A stretch of 64,000 nucleotides of DNA from Terriglobia bacterium (GTDB lineage Bacteria > Acidobacteriota > Terriglobia > 20CM-2-55-15), in the NCBI GenBank assembly GCA_965218585.1, contig CBDCLE010000012.1, positions 32,001 to 96,000 of the forward strand, in the 5' to 3' direction. The notes under the pieces are model-generated. The model made no database searches, had not been told where the DNA came from, and worked only from the letters and a program-made list of their open reading frames with translations. The translations under genes were made by a program, and so were the position numbers. Positions 39,960 through 48,485 of the stretch are shown here, one piece after another; positions within the stretch are counted from its first letter, which is position 1; each line of letters begins with the position of its first letter.

Positions 39960-40193
39960 CTTATTTAGTTTTCGGGCAAAGCCCCACAGAAGCTGTGGAA
40001 AAGCCTGTGGAAAGGTCCCTGCTCCCCTTGCCTAAGCACACCTAAAGCTATCGCTTATAGCGTTTTGCACCTTTTCCTGTCACCGGCGTCACTGTTGAAA
40101 AATTCGGTAATTTTTTCGATAGAGGGAAAAATCTGCGTAGGACAGAAAAGACCAATGCAGAGACGCGGAGACGCAGAGGGAAGAAAAACCTAG

Positions 40194-41735
40194 GAGTCTG
40201 CGCGGCAGAAGGACCGAAATTGGGCGGGAATGGATGGAAGATAGGGCATGCCACGAACTTACCGAGCCTATATTCCAGAACAGAGCCTGCTGATGCCACC
40301 GTCGCTGAGCGATTGGCTGGCCGAAGATCACCTGTCGTACTTCATATCGGATGCTGTGGACGCGATGGATTTGAGCGGGTTCGAACAGAGGCATGGAACT
40401 GACGGGCCTGGCAATCAGGCCTTCGATCCGCGGATGATGGTGAAGGTGATGATCTATGGGTACGGGACCGGAGTGTTTTCATCCAGGAAGATCGCAGCGA
40501 AGTTGAGAGAAGATGTGGCGTTCCGGATGTTGGGAGCCGAGAACTTTCCCGCGCACCGAACGATCTCGGATTTTCGCAAACTGCATCTTGAGGAGTTCGG
40601 GAAGCTGTTTGTGCAAGTGGTGATGATGGCGCGAGAAGCGGGTTTGGTGAAGATGGGGACGGTAGCGGTGGACGGAACCAAGATGCGGGCGAATGCGAGC
40701 AAACGCAAAGCGATGAGCTATCAACGCATGAAGAAGCAGGAGACCGAGTTGGGTGAGCAGATTCGGGATCTGTTGAACCGGGCGACCGCGACCGATGAGG
40801 ACGAAGACCAGCGTTACGGCAAGGACCGGCGCGGAGACGAACTACCCGACGGGTTGGCGACCCGTAAGAAGCGTCTGGCCACGATCCAGGCGGCGATGAA
40901 GCGACTCGAGGAACGTCAGATGGCTGCGGACCAGGAAGCCGGACGGAAACCGGGAGACGACGAACCGGGAAGCGGAAAGAAGGGCAAGCCATTCAAACGC
41001 CCCATGGGCGAGCCCAAGCCCAAGGCCCAGGAGAACTTCACCGATCCAGAAAGCCGGATCATGAAGACCTCCACGGAAGGGTTCCAGCAATGTTACAACG
41101 CGCAGGCGATGGTGGATTCCGAGGCCCGGATCATCGTGGCGACCACGGTGAGCGACAATGCGTCGGATGTGGGGCAGTTGGAGCCGACTCTGGATGCGGT
41201 GAACAACAACCTGGGAGAGTCTCCAGGCCGCGTGCTCGCTGATGCGGGGTATCGATCCGAGTCGAATCTGGGGATGTTAGAACAACGCCAAATTGATGGG
41301 TATGTCGCCATGGGGCGGGAGAAGGACCTGGACGATGCCCCCCTCCCGCCACAAGATACCGCGCTTGGTCGGATGACGAGAAAAATGAAATCCCCGTCTG
41401 GGCGTGATCGCTACCGGGCCAGAAAGCACATTGGTGAACCGCCCTTCGGGTGGATCAAATCGGTGCTCGGATTCCGACAGTTCAGTCTGCGAGGTTTGGA
41501 CAAGGTGACCTGTGAGTGGAACCTGGTGACTCTAGCAGTGAACTTACGACGGATGAACGGGAAGATCGAATGGGCCTAATCCGGAAAACCGGGACCGCCA
41601 CCCTTATCACACGGCTTACTACTGGAGTCCGCACCGGTCTGAGTTCATCATAACGGCAGAATCGGTCCGGTCGCCTCCGACAACACGATCAAATCCCAAT
41701 AAATCCAGGTTCTTTCCGCTCTGCCGCGCAGACTC
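40194..41735 (+). mobile_element. IS1182-family insertion sequence
   Basis: 16-bp perfect IRs GAGTCTGCGCGGCAGA / TCTGCCGCGCAGACTC; CTAG duplicated at 40190-40193 and 41736-41739. Confidence 0.93.
40248..41579 (+). CDS. IS1182-family transposase
   Basis: FDPRMMVKVMIYGY, SSRKI, PAHRTISDFR, VDGTKMRANAS, NFTDPESRIM, LADAGY, EPPFGWIK. Confidence 0.93.
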   Translation: MPRTYRAYIPEQSLLMPPSLSDWLAEDHLSYFISDAVDAMDLSGFEQRHGTDGPGNQAFDPRMMVKVMIYGYGTGVFSSRKIAAKLREDVAFRMLGAENFPAHRTISDFRKLHLEEFGKLFVQVVMMAREAGLVKMGTVAVDGTKMRANASKRKAMSYQRMKKQETELGEQIRDLLNRATATDEDEDQRYGKDRRGDELPDGLATRKKRLATIQAAMKRLEERQMAADQEAGRKPGDDEPGSGKKGKPFKRPMGEPKPKAQENFTDPESRIMKTSTEGFQQCYNAQAMVDSEARIIVATTVSDNASDVGQLEPTLDAVNNNLGESPGRVLADAGYRSESNLGMLEQRQIDGYVAMGREKDLDDAPLPPQDTALGRMTRKMKSPSGRDRYRARKHIGEPPFGWIKSVLGFRQFSLRGLDKVTCEWNLVTLAVNLRRMNGKIEWA

Positions 41736-41867
41736 CTAGGTTGTATACATCTTCCCGCATTCACACGTGAAGGGTTCACAACTACTCTATTGCCAACCCA
41801 ACCAAGTTCAGGGAACTCCGAACGTCGGCAACCTGTCTTGTCTTCTCTGCGTCTCTGCGCCTCTGCG

Positions 41868-42908
41868 TTATTTCTTCTTCTCCTTCGAGAGTTCTTCCAG
41901 GATCTTTTCTTTGAGTTCGGCAATTCCTTCGCCCGAAAGCGCGGAGACAAAGAAATCGGCGCCTCCAACCTCGGGCTTCTGCCCGATCAGATCTGACTTG
42001 TTATAGACACGCATCTGGGCGTGCGCCGCACAACCCAGGTCGTTGAGAACCCCATCGACGACTTCGATCTTGTCTGGATAATCGGCGTCGGCCACGTCGA
42101 CGACGTGCAGGATCAGATCCGATTCGGTCACCTCTTCGAGCGTCGCACGAAAAGCCGTCACCAATTCGTGGGGGAGTTTTCGAATGAAACCTACAGTGTC
42201 GGAAACCAGAACTTCAGTTCCCGCACCGAGGCGTATACGTCGGACGATAGGATCCAGAGTGGCAAAAACGCGATTCGAAATAAGCGTGTTCTGCCCGGAC
42301 AGCCTCTCAAACAAGGTCGACTTGCCGGCATTGGTGTATCCGACAAGAGAGACAGTCGGCAGATGGCTCCTCTTTCTCTGGGATCGGTGCAACTGGCGGT
42401 GTTTTCGGACCTGTTCGATCTCCTTCTTCAATTTGGCGATCCGAGTCCGGATTCGGCGTCGATCGACTTCCAGCTGCGTCTCGCCGGGGCCGCGTGTTCC
42501 GATGCCCCCGCCCAACCTGGACAGCAGTTCGCCGCGGCCCGCCAGATGGGAAATGCGATAGCTCAACTGAGCCAGCTCTACCTGTAACTTGCCTTCTCGA
42601 GTCTGGGCTCGGCGGGAAAAAATATCGAGGATCAGGCCGGTCCTGTCGATGACCTTCGTTTCCAGAAGGCGCTCAAGGTTGCGTGTCTGGCTGGGACTGA
42701 GCTCTTCATCGAAGACTACCAGGTCGACCCCTTCCAGCAGAACTTCATCGCGGATCTCGGACGCCTTTCCCTTGCCGATGAAGTAGGTTGGGTCAGGCAT
42801 GTCCCGACGTTGGACGAACTCGGCCACGACGCGGCCACCCGCAGCCGCAGTGAGCTCACGGAGTTCGTCTAAGGACTCCAGTCCCACCAGAATGGCGGTT
42901 TCGCTCAA
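41868..42908 (-). CDS. hflX: Ribosome-splitting GTPase HflX
   Basis: ILDIF, GGIGTRGPGE, GYTNAGKS, FATLDP, DTVGFI, NKSD. Confidence 0.96.
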   Translation of the reverse strand: MSETAILVGLESLDELRELTAAAGGRVVAEFVQRRDMPDPTYFIGKGKASEIRDEVLLEGVDLVVFDEELSPSQTRNLERLLETKVIDRTGLILDIFSRRAQTREGKLQVELAQLSYRISHLAGRGELLSRLGGGIGTRGPGETQLEVDRRRIRTRIAKLKKEIEQVRKHRQLHRSQRKRSHLPTVSLVGYTNAGKSTLFERLSGQNTLISNRVFATLDPIVRRIRLGAGTEVLVSDTVGFIRKLPHELVTAFRATLEEVTESDLILHVVDVADADYPDKIEVVDGVLNDLGCAAHAQMRVYNKSDLIGQKPEVGGADFFVSALSGEGIAELKEKILEELSKEKKK

Positions 42909-42962
42909 TGAGTGTGCTCAGCTATCGGCTGTCAGCCGGAGGCCCACAGGCCGTCGGCCGCT

Positions 42963-43244
42963 TCACGACGCGTCTTGAGGAGGAGGAGGAGGAGGGGGCT
43001 CTCGACGAGGAGGTCCCGCGGGACGCGAGGAAGACCCCTGCCGTGACGTCGTAACGGTTGAGATAGCATGTTTGAAGATCAGCTGGTCCTGGTGATTGGC
43101 CTCCAGGATGACTGAATACTTGTCGAAACCCCTCAGCCGGCCCATGAGCTTTACTCCACTCATCAGAAAAATCGTCACAGGTAACTTCTCGCGACGGACC
43201 GTGTTGAGATAAACATCCTGGATATTCTGAGTTTTGCCTTCCAT
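42963..43244 (-). CDS. hfq: RNA chaperone Hfq
   Basis: [26 protein letters not shown]; miaA-hfq-hflX synteny. Confidence 0.96.
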   Translation of the reverse strand: MEGKTQNIQDVYLNTVRREKLPVTIFLMSGVKLMGRLRGFDKYSVILEANHQDQLIFKHAISTVTTSRQGSSSRPAGPPRREPPPPPPPQDAS

Positions 43245-43256
43245 CAGGGAACCCCC

Positions 43257-44234
43257 CTAAAAAGTTGATTGGAAATCCTTGGGCGTCTGGCCCAAGTTTC
43301 CAAGAGTATGGTCAATAAACTGATGGATTCTTTCTCTTATCTGTCCTTCGTCGCCGAATCCATCGAACCAGGTAACGGTATGCTGCTTCCTGAACCACGT
43401 CAACTGGCGTTTCGCATATCGACGCGTGTCCCGTTCGGTCAACATCATCGCGTCATCAAGAGAGATTGTGCCATCGATGTATTCTAAAACCTGACGATAC
43501 CCGATGGCTCGAAACGCACTCGCTTCGGGCTTCACGCCTCTTGCTAGAATGCTCTTAACTTCTTCAACCAGACCCGCTTCGAACATCTGTCCGACACGCC
43601 TCCCGATCCGTTCGTAGAGGGCGGCACGGGGTGGATCCAGCCCGATAATGTTGAAAGCAAAGCCCTTAATGGGGCGACGGGGTGTGGAATCAAGATGGGA
43701 CGAAAGCCTCTGTCCCGTCATCAAACGGACCTCCAGGGCGCGAATCACTTTCGGAAGATCCCGTGGAGCGATGCGTTGGGCCGAGGCGGGATCCAGCCGC
43801 TCCAGCAGCGAGTGGAGATACTCCCTTCCCTTCTCTTCCGCTCTGGCCTGCATGCGAGTCCGCCAGTAGGTCGAGGGCCCTGGACCGTCGAACAAACCTT
43901 CCATGACCGCACGCAAATACAGCCCAGTGCCACCAACCAATATCGGCAACCGGTCGCGATTTCGTATGCCGTCGAGGACCTCTCGGGCACGCCGCTGGTA
44001 GGCGCCGGCACTCGAAGTCTCATCCGGATCCAGGATGTCGATCAGATGATGAGGGACCCGCTGCTGATCGCCTTCAGATGGCTTGGCAGTGCCAATGGTC
44101 AGTTGGCGGAAAAGTTGGAGCGAGTCGTAGTTGACGATCTCACCGTCGAAGGTCTCGGCGAGGTAGATCGCAAGATCGGACTTGCCACTGGCGGTCGGGC
44201 CCGCGATCGCTATCGCAGGGTACATGTGCACCAC
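43257..44234 (-). CDS. miaA: tRNA dimethylallyltransferase
   Basis: GPTASGKS, DSLQ, IGTAKP, GGTGLY, TRRYAKRQLTW. Confidence 0.96.
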   Translation of the reverse strand: MVHMYPAIAIAGPTASGKSDLAIYLAETFDGEIVNYDSLQLFRQLTIGTAKPSEGDQQRVPHHLIDILDPDETSSAGAYQRRAREVLDGIRNRDRLPILVGGTGLYLRAVMEGLFDGPGPSTYWRTRMQARAEEKGREYLHSLLERLDPASAQRIAPRDLPKVIRALEVRLMTGQRLSSHLDSTPRRPIKGFAFNIIGLDPPRAALYERIGRRVGQMFEAGLVEEVKSILARGVKPEASAFRAIGYRQVLEYIDGTISLDDAMMLTERDTRRYAKRQLTWFRKQHTVTWFDGFGDEGQIRERIHQFIDHTLGNLGQTPKDFQSTF

Positions 44235-44238
44235 ATCC

Positions 44239-45978
44239 CTAATATATGCTTTCTATCTCGATTCCCTGATAGTAGGTCTTCAAAATTTCCTCGGCCGATG
44301 CGCCGTCGATCGCCATTCCATAAGCTCCGACCTGACATAGACCGACGCCATGGCCCCACCCCCCACCGAAGAAGCTCATTCCCAGAAGCTCACGACGGGC
44401 GTTGCGCTCCTCATCGATATAGACCAGGCTGTCACGCAAGCCCAGAAGGGTTCTGAGGCGAGAACCTTCGATGACACGCATCCCCTCGGTGCCCCTCATT
44501 TCGACGCGTACGGCGCGACCTGAGCGGCCCCTGGAAAGGATGGCAATGTCATCCAAACGCCCGATGCTCAGGGGGCGGACCGCTTCGTCCAACTCTTCGC
44601 CAGTCCGATGCGTCTCCCAGTCGGCCAGGGGCGAGTAACGATCCGCTGCTGGATCCTCGGGTCCAGGACGGTAAACGAGGGCTTCGATCTGCTCGTCGAT
44701 GATTCGCAGTTCCATACTTTCTCCACCCAGCCAGGCGCCCTGATCGACAGGAATGCGTTCCTCACCGACGCGTCTGAATATAGCCGCATCAGGTGCAAGG
44801 GTCAGTCGTAGGATTTCCGGTCCGATTCTGGTCTCGAAAACTTCTCCGTCCCAGTGAATCAGACGGGCATCCTGCCACTCGAAAGCGTTCTTTCTGAGCA
44901 ACAGGCGAAGAAGGACAGCGTGCATCTCGTTCTCACCGGTTATCGACAAAACTCCCTGCTCCTGGAGAAAGAGGAGGTCCGACTCGGCCGGTATGCCGGG
45001 AAAGAATCGGCTCTTTATGAAGGATGCCAAATCCTCGGCGCTCCCCGCGGAGGGCGAATCCACATCGGCCATACCAAGGAAGCGTCCGGCTGTGGGAAAG
45101 TCGACTACCCCGGCGATTCCCAACAGGCCGTCGTCCCAGTCCTGATAGAGGGTTGTCGACTGAAACAGCATGGGTTCGGGATGTTCGTAATGACAGATCG
45201 TCGATACTAGGTAAGGAATGCTCTCTCCAAATACGTTTTCGGCGTCCTCGGTCTGGCCACCGCACGTCGAACTGTACAGCGCGTTGATCGGCTCTCCTTC
45301 ATACGTCGCAATCTGACCCCGAGTCTCTCGAACAGCCTCGGTGGCAAGAGGGTGCTCGGTATCGAGCCCTCTGTAAACCTGGCAGAAATCCGTGTCACAG
45401 ATGTCGAAGCCTTCGTCTTCGAACTGTCCGAGATTGCGCACAATGTAGGTCCGGGCAGCCACGGACTGGGCCTTCAGTGCCTCAAGCTCTGGAAAGGTGT
45501 CCGGACCGAGTTCGTTGGGAACGACTCCGAGCAGATATTCTTCCAGCGGCAATTCATTGACGAGGGTAAGCGCGTCAGAAGCTCCCAGTACCTCAAGATT
45601 TCCACGATAGGCGTTTCCATTGACGCGCAGCGGCGCTTCGCCGGGGTCAATCGGGATCCGGGCAGTCATTGGTCGGAGAAAGACGCGCTGATCGTCTGTT
45701 TCCACGGCGATACGGCTCTCCAGATCGTCCCTGTCGAAGGGACCCTCGCCCTGACCGATCGCTATGACAATCGAAAACTCGGCCCTCTCGGTGGAGATCC
45801 CTTCCACGACAAACGGGGCGATCGAACTGAGCGTGAATCCCTCAACATTCCGTTCGATGCCGATCCGGACAGTTGGTTCTCCGGGCAGTGACACCTGTGA
45901 CAACAGGACAAACCCCACCATCAACCTGAACCGCCCCAACCAACTCCTCGTAACCTTGAACATATTATTTTTGAACAT
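44239..45978 (-). CDS. SpoIID/LytB-domain peptidoglycan lytic protein (start uncertain)
   Basis: EEYLLGVVPNE, EALKAQSVAARTY, CQVYRG, YSSTCGG, GWGHGVGLCQVGA. Confidence 0.88.
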   Translation of the reverse strand: MFKNNMFKVTRSWLGRFRLMVGFVLLSQVSLPGEPTVRIGIERNVEGFTLSSIAPFVVEGISTERAEFSIVIAIGQGEGPFDRDDLESRIAVETDDQRVFLRPMTARIPIDPGEAPLRVNGNAYRGNLEVLGASDALTLVNELPLEEYLLGVVPNELGPDTFPELEALKAQSVAARTYIVRNLGQFEDEGFDICDTDFCQVYRGLDTEHPLATEAVRETRGQIATYEGEPINALYSSTCGGQTEDAENVFGESIPYLVSTICHYEHPEPMLFQSTTLYQDWDDGLLGIAGVVDFPTAGRFLGMADVDSPSAGSAEDLASFIKSRFFPGIPAESDLLFLQEQGVLSITGENEMHAVLLRLLLRKNAFEWQDARLIHWDGEVFETRIGPEILRLTLAPDAAIFRRVGEERIPVDQGAWLGGESMELRIIDEQIEALVYRPGPEDPAADRYSPLADWETHRTGEELDEAVRPLSIGRLDDIAILSRGRSGRAVRVEMRGTEGMRVIEGSRLRTLLGLRDSLVYIDEERNARRELLGMSFFGGGWGHGVGLCQVGAYGMAIDGASAEEILKTYYQGIEIESIY

Positions 45979-45989
45979 ATTATTTTTTC

Positions 45990-46128
45990 AACGCAGAGGC
46001 GCAAAGACGCAAACGATAAGCCCGTATGTTCCCAAACAAGACTCTGCGAACCCAGCCATTTCAAGCTGATCTTGATGAAGGCAGCCTGATCGGTCTTTTC
46101 TTCCTTCGCGTCTTTGCGCCTTTGCGGT
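45990..46128. repeat. ACGCAGAG-type inverted-repeat element
   Basis: AACGCAGAGGCGCAAAGACGCAAA ... CTTCGCGTCTTTGCGCCTTTGCGGT. Confidence 0.75.
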
Positions 46129-46142
46129 AGTTCTTCCAATCA

Positions 46143-47249
46143 TCAGTTCATGTTGTACAAAAACGTGAACTGCAAGACGAGGTGATCGTCATCATAGTCC
46201 AGGGGTATTCGTGGAAATGGATTGGAGGCTGTTATCGCCGCCGTGGCGGCGCGGTCCAGAGACAGTGTCCCGGAGTTGGCCACGAGCTGCAAATCCGTGA
46301 CATCACCAGTCTTTGTAATCGTGAAAATCAAAACAACCCTTCCCCGGCTCTGTCTCAAACGGGCAGCCTCCGGGATCAGCGAATACCAGTTCACCCGTAC
46401 CCGGTTCACAACCTGGTTCATGTAAGGCCCGAAGTCATAGCCGCGTGTATCGGAGAGGATCGTCGGTTCCTCTGTCGTGAAATCCGGGATCTGGGGAACG
46501 CCCTGTCGAATTCCGGGGCGACGGCCGTCGATGATGGCGCGTCGATCCTCGGCCAGGTTCTCTTCAACGATGCTCTCGGCGCGTTCTCTGAGATCGGGCA
46601 GCAGAAGCGCGTTGGGGTTGGTGTTCTCCGCGAGTTCTGTCAGGTCCTCATCAGAGCCAGGCACCGCCTCTCGTGCTTCCTCAGCCTCGAGGGCGGCCAA
46701 CTCTTCCCCGGCATCCGGGTCGCCCAGTTCCTCCCCCAGTTCTCCCGTTTCTCCCTCGTCCGGACCGATCTCAACGATGGCCAGATCCTCCGATCCCTCA
46801 GGGCCTGGTGGCTCGACTTCGGCCTCGGGCACAGCGTCCGGTCGGGCTCCCTCGGCGATCACGTCGTCCGGACCGATGATGGGAGGCGGAGGCAGAGGGA
46901 CATCCTCTTCTTCCGAAGACGGAGGGGGAGGTGGCGGCGGCGCAGCTTCGACAGCGGGAGGGAGTGCGATTGCCGGCCCGGGTTCGGCCTCCGCTATCTG
47001 TGGCGGTTCAGGGATCGGCACGATGGCCTCGGGTGGCAGGATAAGATCGAATTGTTCGAAACGATTCGTGTCGTACTCCTGGCCCGCAATCCGTATGATC
47101 CGCGTCGGCGTACTCCTCAGGAATTCCGGGTTGAAGAACACGAACAGGAACAGGAGCGCATGCAAGCCAATCGACACGCTCAGGCTTCGCTGCCTCTGCA
47201 ACCCGAATTCGGGTCTGTTCTTCAACTCTAATTGGAGTTCCTGTTTCAT
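46143..47249 (-). CDS. TonB/TolA-like energy transducer
   Basis: N-terminal TM with S..LH motif, Pro/Glu-rich linker, TonB_2-like C-domain (NSG..SLDRAA..AI..SNPF). Confidence 0.8.
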   Translation of the reverse strand: MKQELQLELKNRPEFGLQRQRSLSVSIGLHALLFLFVFFNPEFLRSTPTRIIRIAGQEYDTNRFEQFDLILPPEAIVPIPEPPQIAEAEPGPAIALPPAVEAAPPPPPPPSSEEEDVPLPPPPIIGPDDVIAEGARPDAVPEAEVEPPGPEGSEDLAIVEIGPDEGETGELGEELGDPDAGEELAALEAEEAREAVPGSDEDLTELAENTNPNALLLPDLRERAESIVEENLAEDRRAIIDGRRPGIRQGVPQIPDFTTEEPTILSDTRGYDFGPYMNQVVNRVRVNWYSLIPEAARLRQSRGRVVLIFTITKTGDVTDLQLVANSGTLSLDRAATAAITASNPFPRIPLDYDDDHLVLQFTFLYNMN

Positions 47250-47307
47250 GTGCTGTCTTCACACTTGGGGACTGACTCTTCTGTCCCCAAGCGATGACTT
47301 TTCCTCG

Positions 47308-48270
47308 TCACTGACTTACGCCGTGGACAGAGGTGTCTGTCCCCTGCTCGTTTCGCGACAGATGTGCATCGATCTTTTCAAGGACCAACATAGCCACATC
47401 CAATGCTTTGAGGCCATCCTCGCCACTCACACGCGCGGGGCTCCTTTCCCGAACAGAAGAAACAAACGCCGCCAACTGCTCCTTGAGCGGTTCCCTTTCG
47501 CCTGGTTCCAGCTTTTCCTGACGGATACGCCCTCCATCTAAGGAGAGAACGTAGCCCGTCTGAGACGTGTAATCCAGCGAAACGTAGTCGTTAGGTTGAA
47601 AGAACCTCAGTTTGCGCACCGAATCCGTGCTCACACGGCTTGCCGTCAGATTTGCCACGCAGCCGTCTTCGAACTCCAGACGCACGTTCGCTATGTCCGC
47701 CTTGTTGGAAAGAACAGGTATACCGACAGCCCGGATCTCGGATACGGGAGAATCGACAAGTGCCAAAACGATGTCTATGTCGTGAATCATCAGATCGAGG
47801 ACTACGTCGATATCAAGGCTGCGCATCGAAAACTTGTTCAACCGATGGACTTCGAAAAACTGCGGCCGGGTCGCCACCCGGCAAGCCGCCTCAACCACTG
47901 GATTGAAACGTTCAACGTGGCCAACTTGCAAAATCCGATCTTTCTCCCGGGCGGTCCGGTTCATCGCCCGCGCCTGATCACCATCCTGCGCTATCGGTTT
48001 CTCGACTAACACATCCAGACCATGTTCCAGACAATCGACTCCGATAGACGCATGCATCTCAGTAGGCGCCGCAATGCTGACTGCGTCCACCTGTCCAAAC
48101 AACTCCTTGTAATCGGTGAACGCCTCGGCCCCGTGCTCGGAACCGATCGCCTTGGCCCGATCGCTCAGCACGTCGGCCACGCCGACCAAGTCGACACCGT
48201 CCAACTCGGAATAGATCCGGGCATGATGCTTGCCCAGGTGCCCGACTCCAATGACGCCAACCCTCAACAT
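47308..48270 (-). CDS. Gfo/Idh/MocA-family oxidoreductase (GnnA-like by context)
   Basis: GVGHLG, VEKP, GHVERFNP, DLMIHDID; follows lpxI. Confidence 0.88.
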   Translation of the reverse strand: MLRVGVIGVGHLGKHHARIYSELDGVDLVGVADVLSDRAKAIGSEHGAEAFTDYKELFGQVDAVSIAAPTEMHASIGVDCLEHGLDVLVEKPIAQDGDQARAMNRTAREKDRILQVGHVERFNPVVEAACRVATRPQFFEVHRLNKFSMRSLDIDVVLDLMIHDIDIVLALVDSPVSEIRAVGIPVLSNKADIANVRLEFEDGCVANLTASRVSTDSVRKLRFFQPNDYVSLDYTSQTGYVLSLDGGRIRQEKLEPGEREPLKEQLAAFVSSVRERSPARVSGEDGLKALDVAMLVLEKIDAHLSRNEQGTDTSVHGVSQ

Positions 48271-48296
48271 ATTCAGATCACTACAAAGAGTTTTTC

Positions 48297-48472
48297 ACCG
48301 CAAAGACGCGAAGGCGCAAAGAATAAGAGAGAGATAGGTTGTGTAGGATTCTGCGAAACCAACTCTTGTGGTTCCCAACAACCGCGTTGCTGACCCAACT
48401 ATTTCTGGTCGAGCTAAACCTAGGCAACCTAGTTCTGTCTTTTCTTCCTTTGCGTCTTTGCGTCTTTGCGGT
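48297..48472. repeat. ACCGCAAAG-type inverted-repeat element (about 175 bp)
   Basis: ACCGCAAAGACGCGAAGGCGCAAAG ... CTTTGCGTCTTTGCGTCTTTGCGGT. Confidence 0.8.
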
Positions 48473-48485
48473 AATAACATCGGAT

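Larger units (their letters stand above)
35118..39983 (+). mobile_element. Cargo-carrying transposon with a SWIM-DDE transposase
   Basis: TIR GGCTTTGCCCGCAAATT (35118-35134) versus the right-end reverse complement GGCTTTGCCCGAAAACT (39967-39983), 15/17 match; exact 9-bp flanking direct repeat CCACAGAAG (35109-35117, 39984-39992). Confidence 0.9.
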
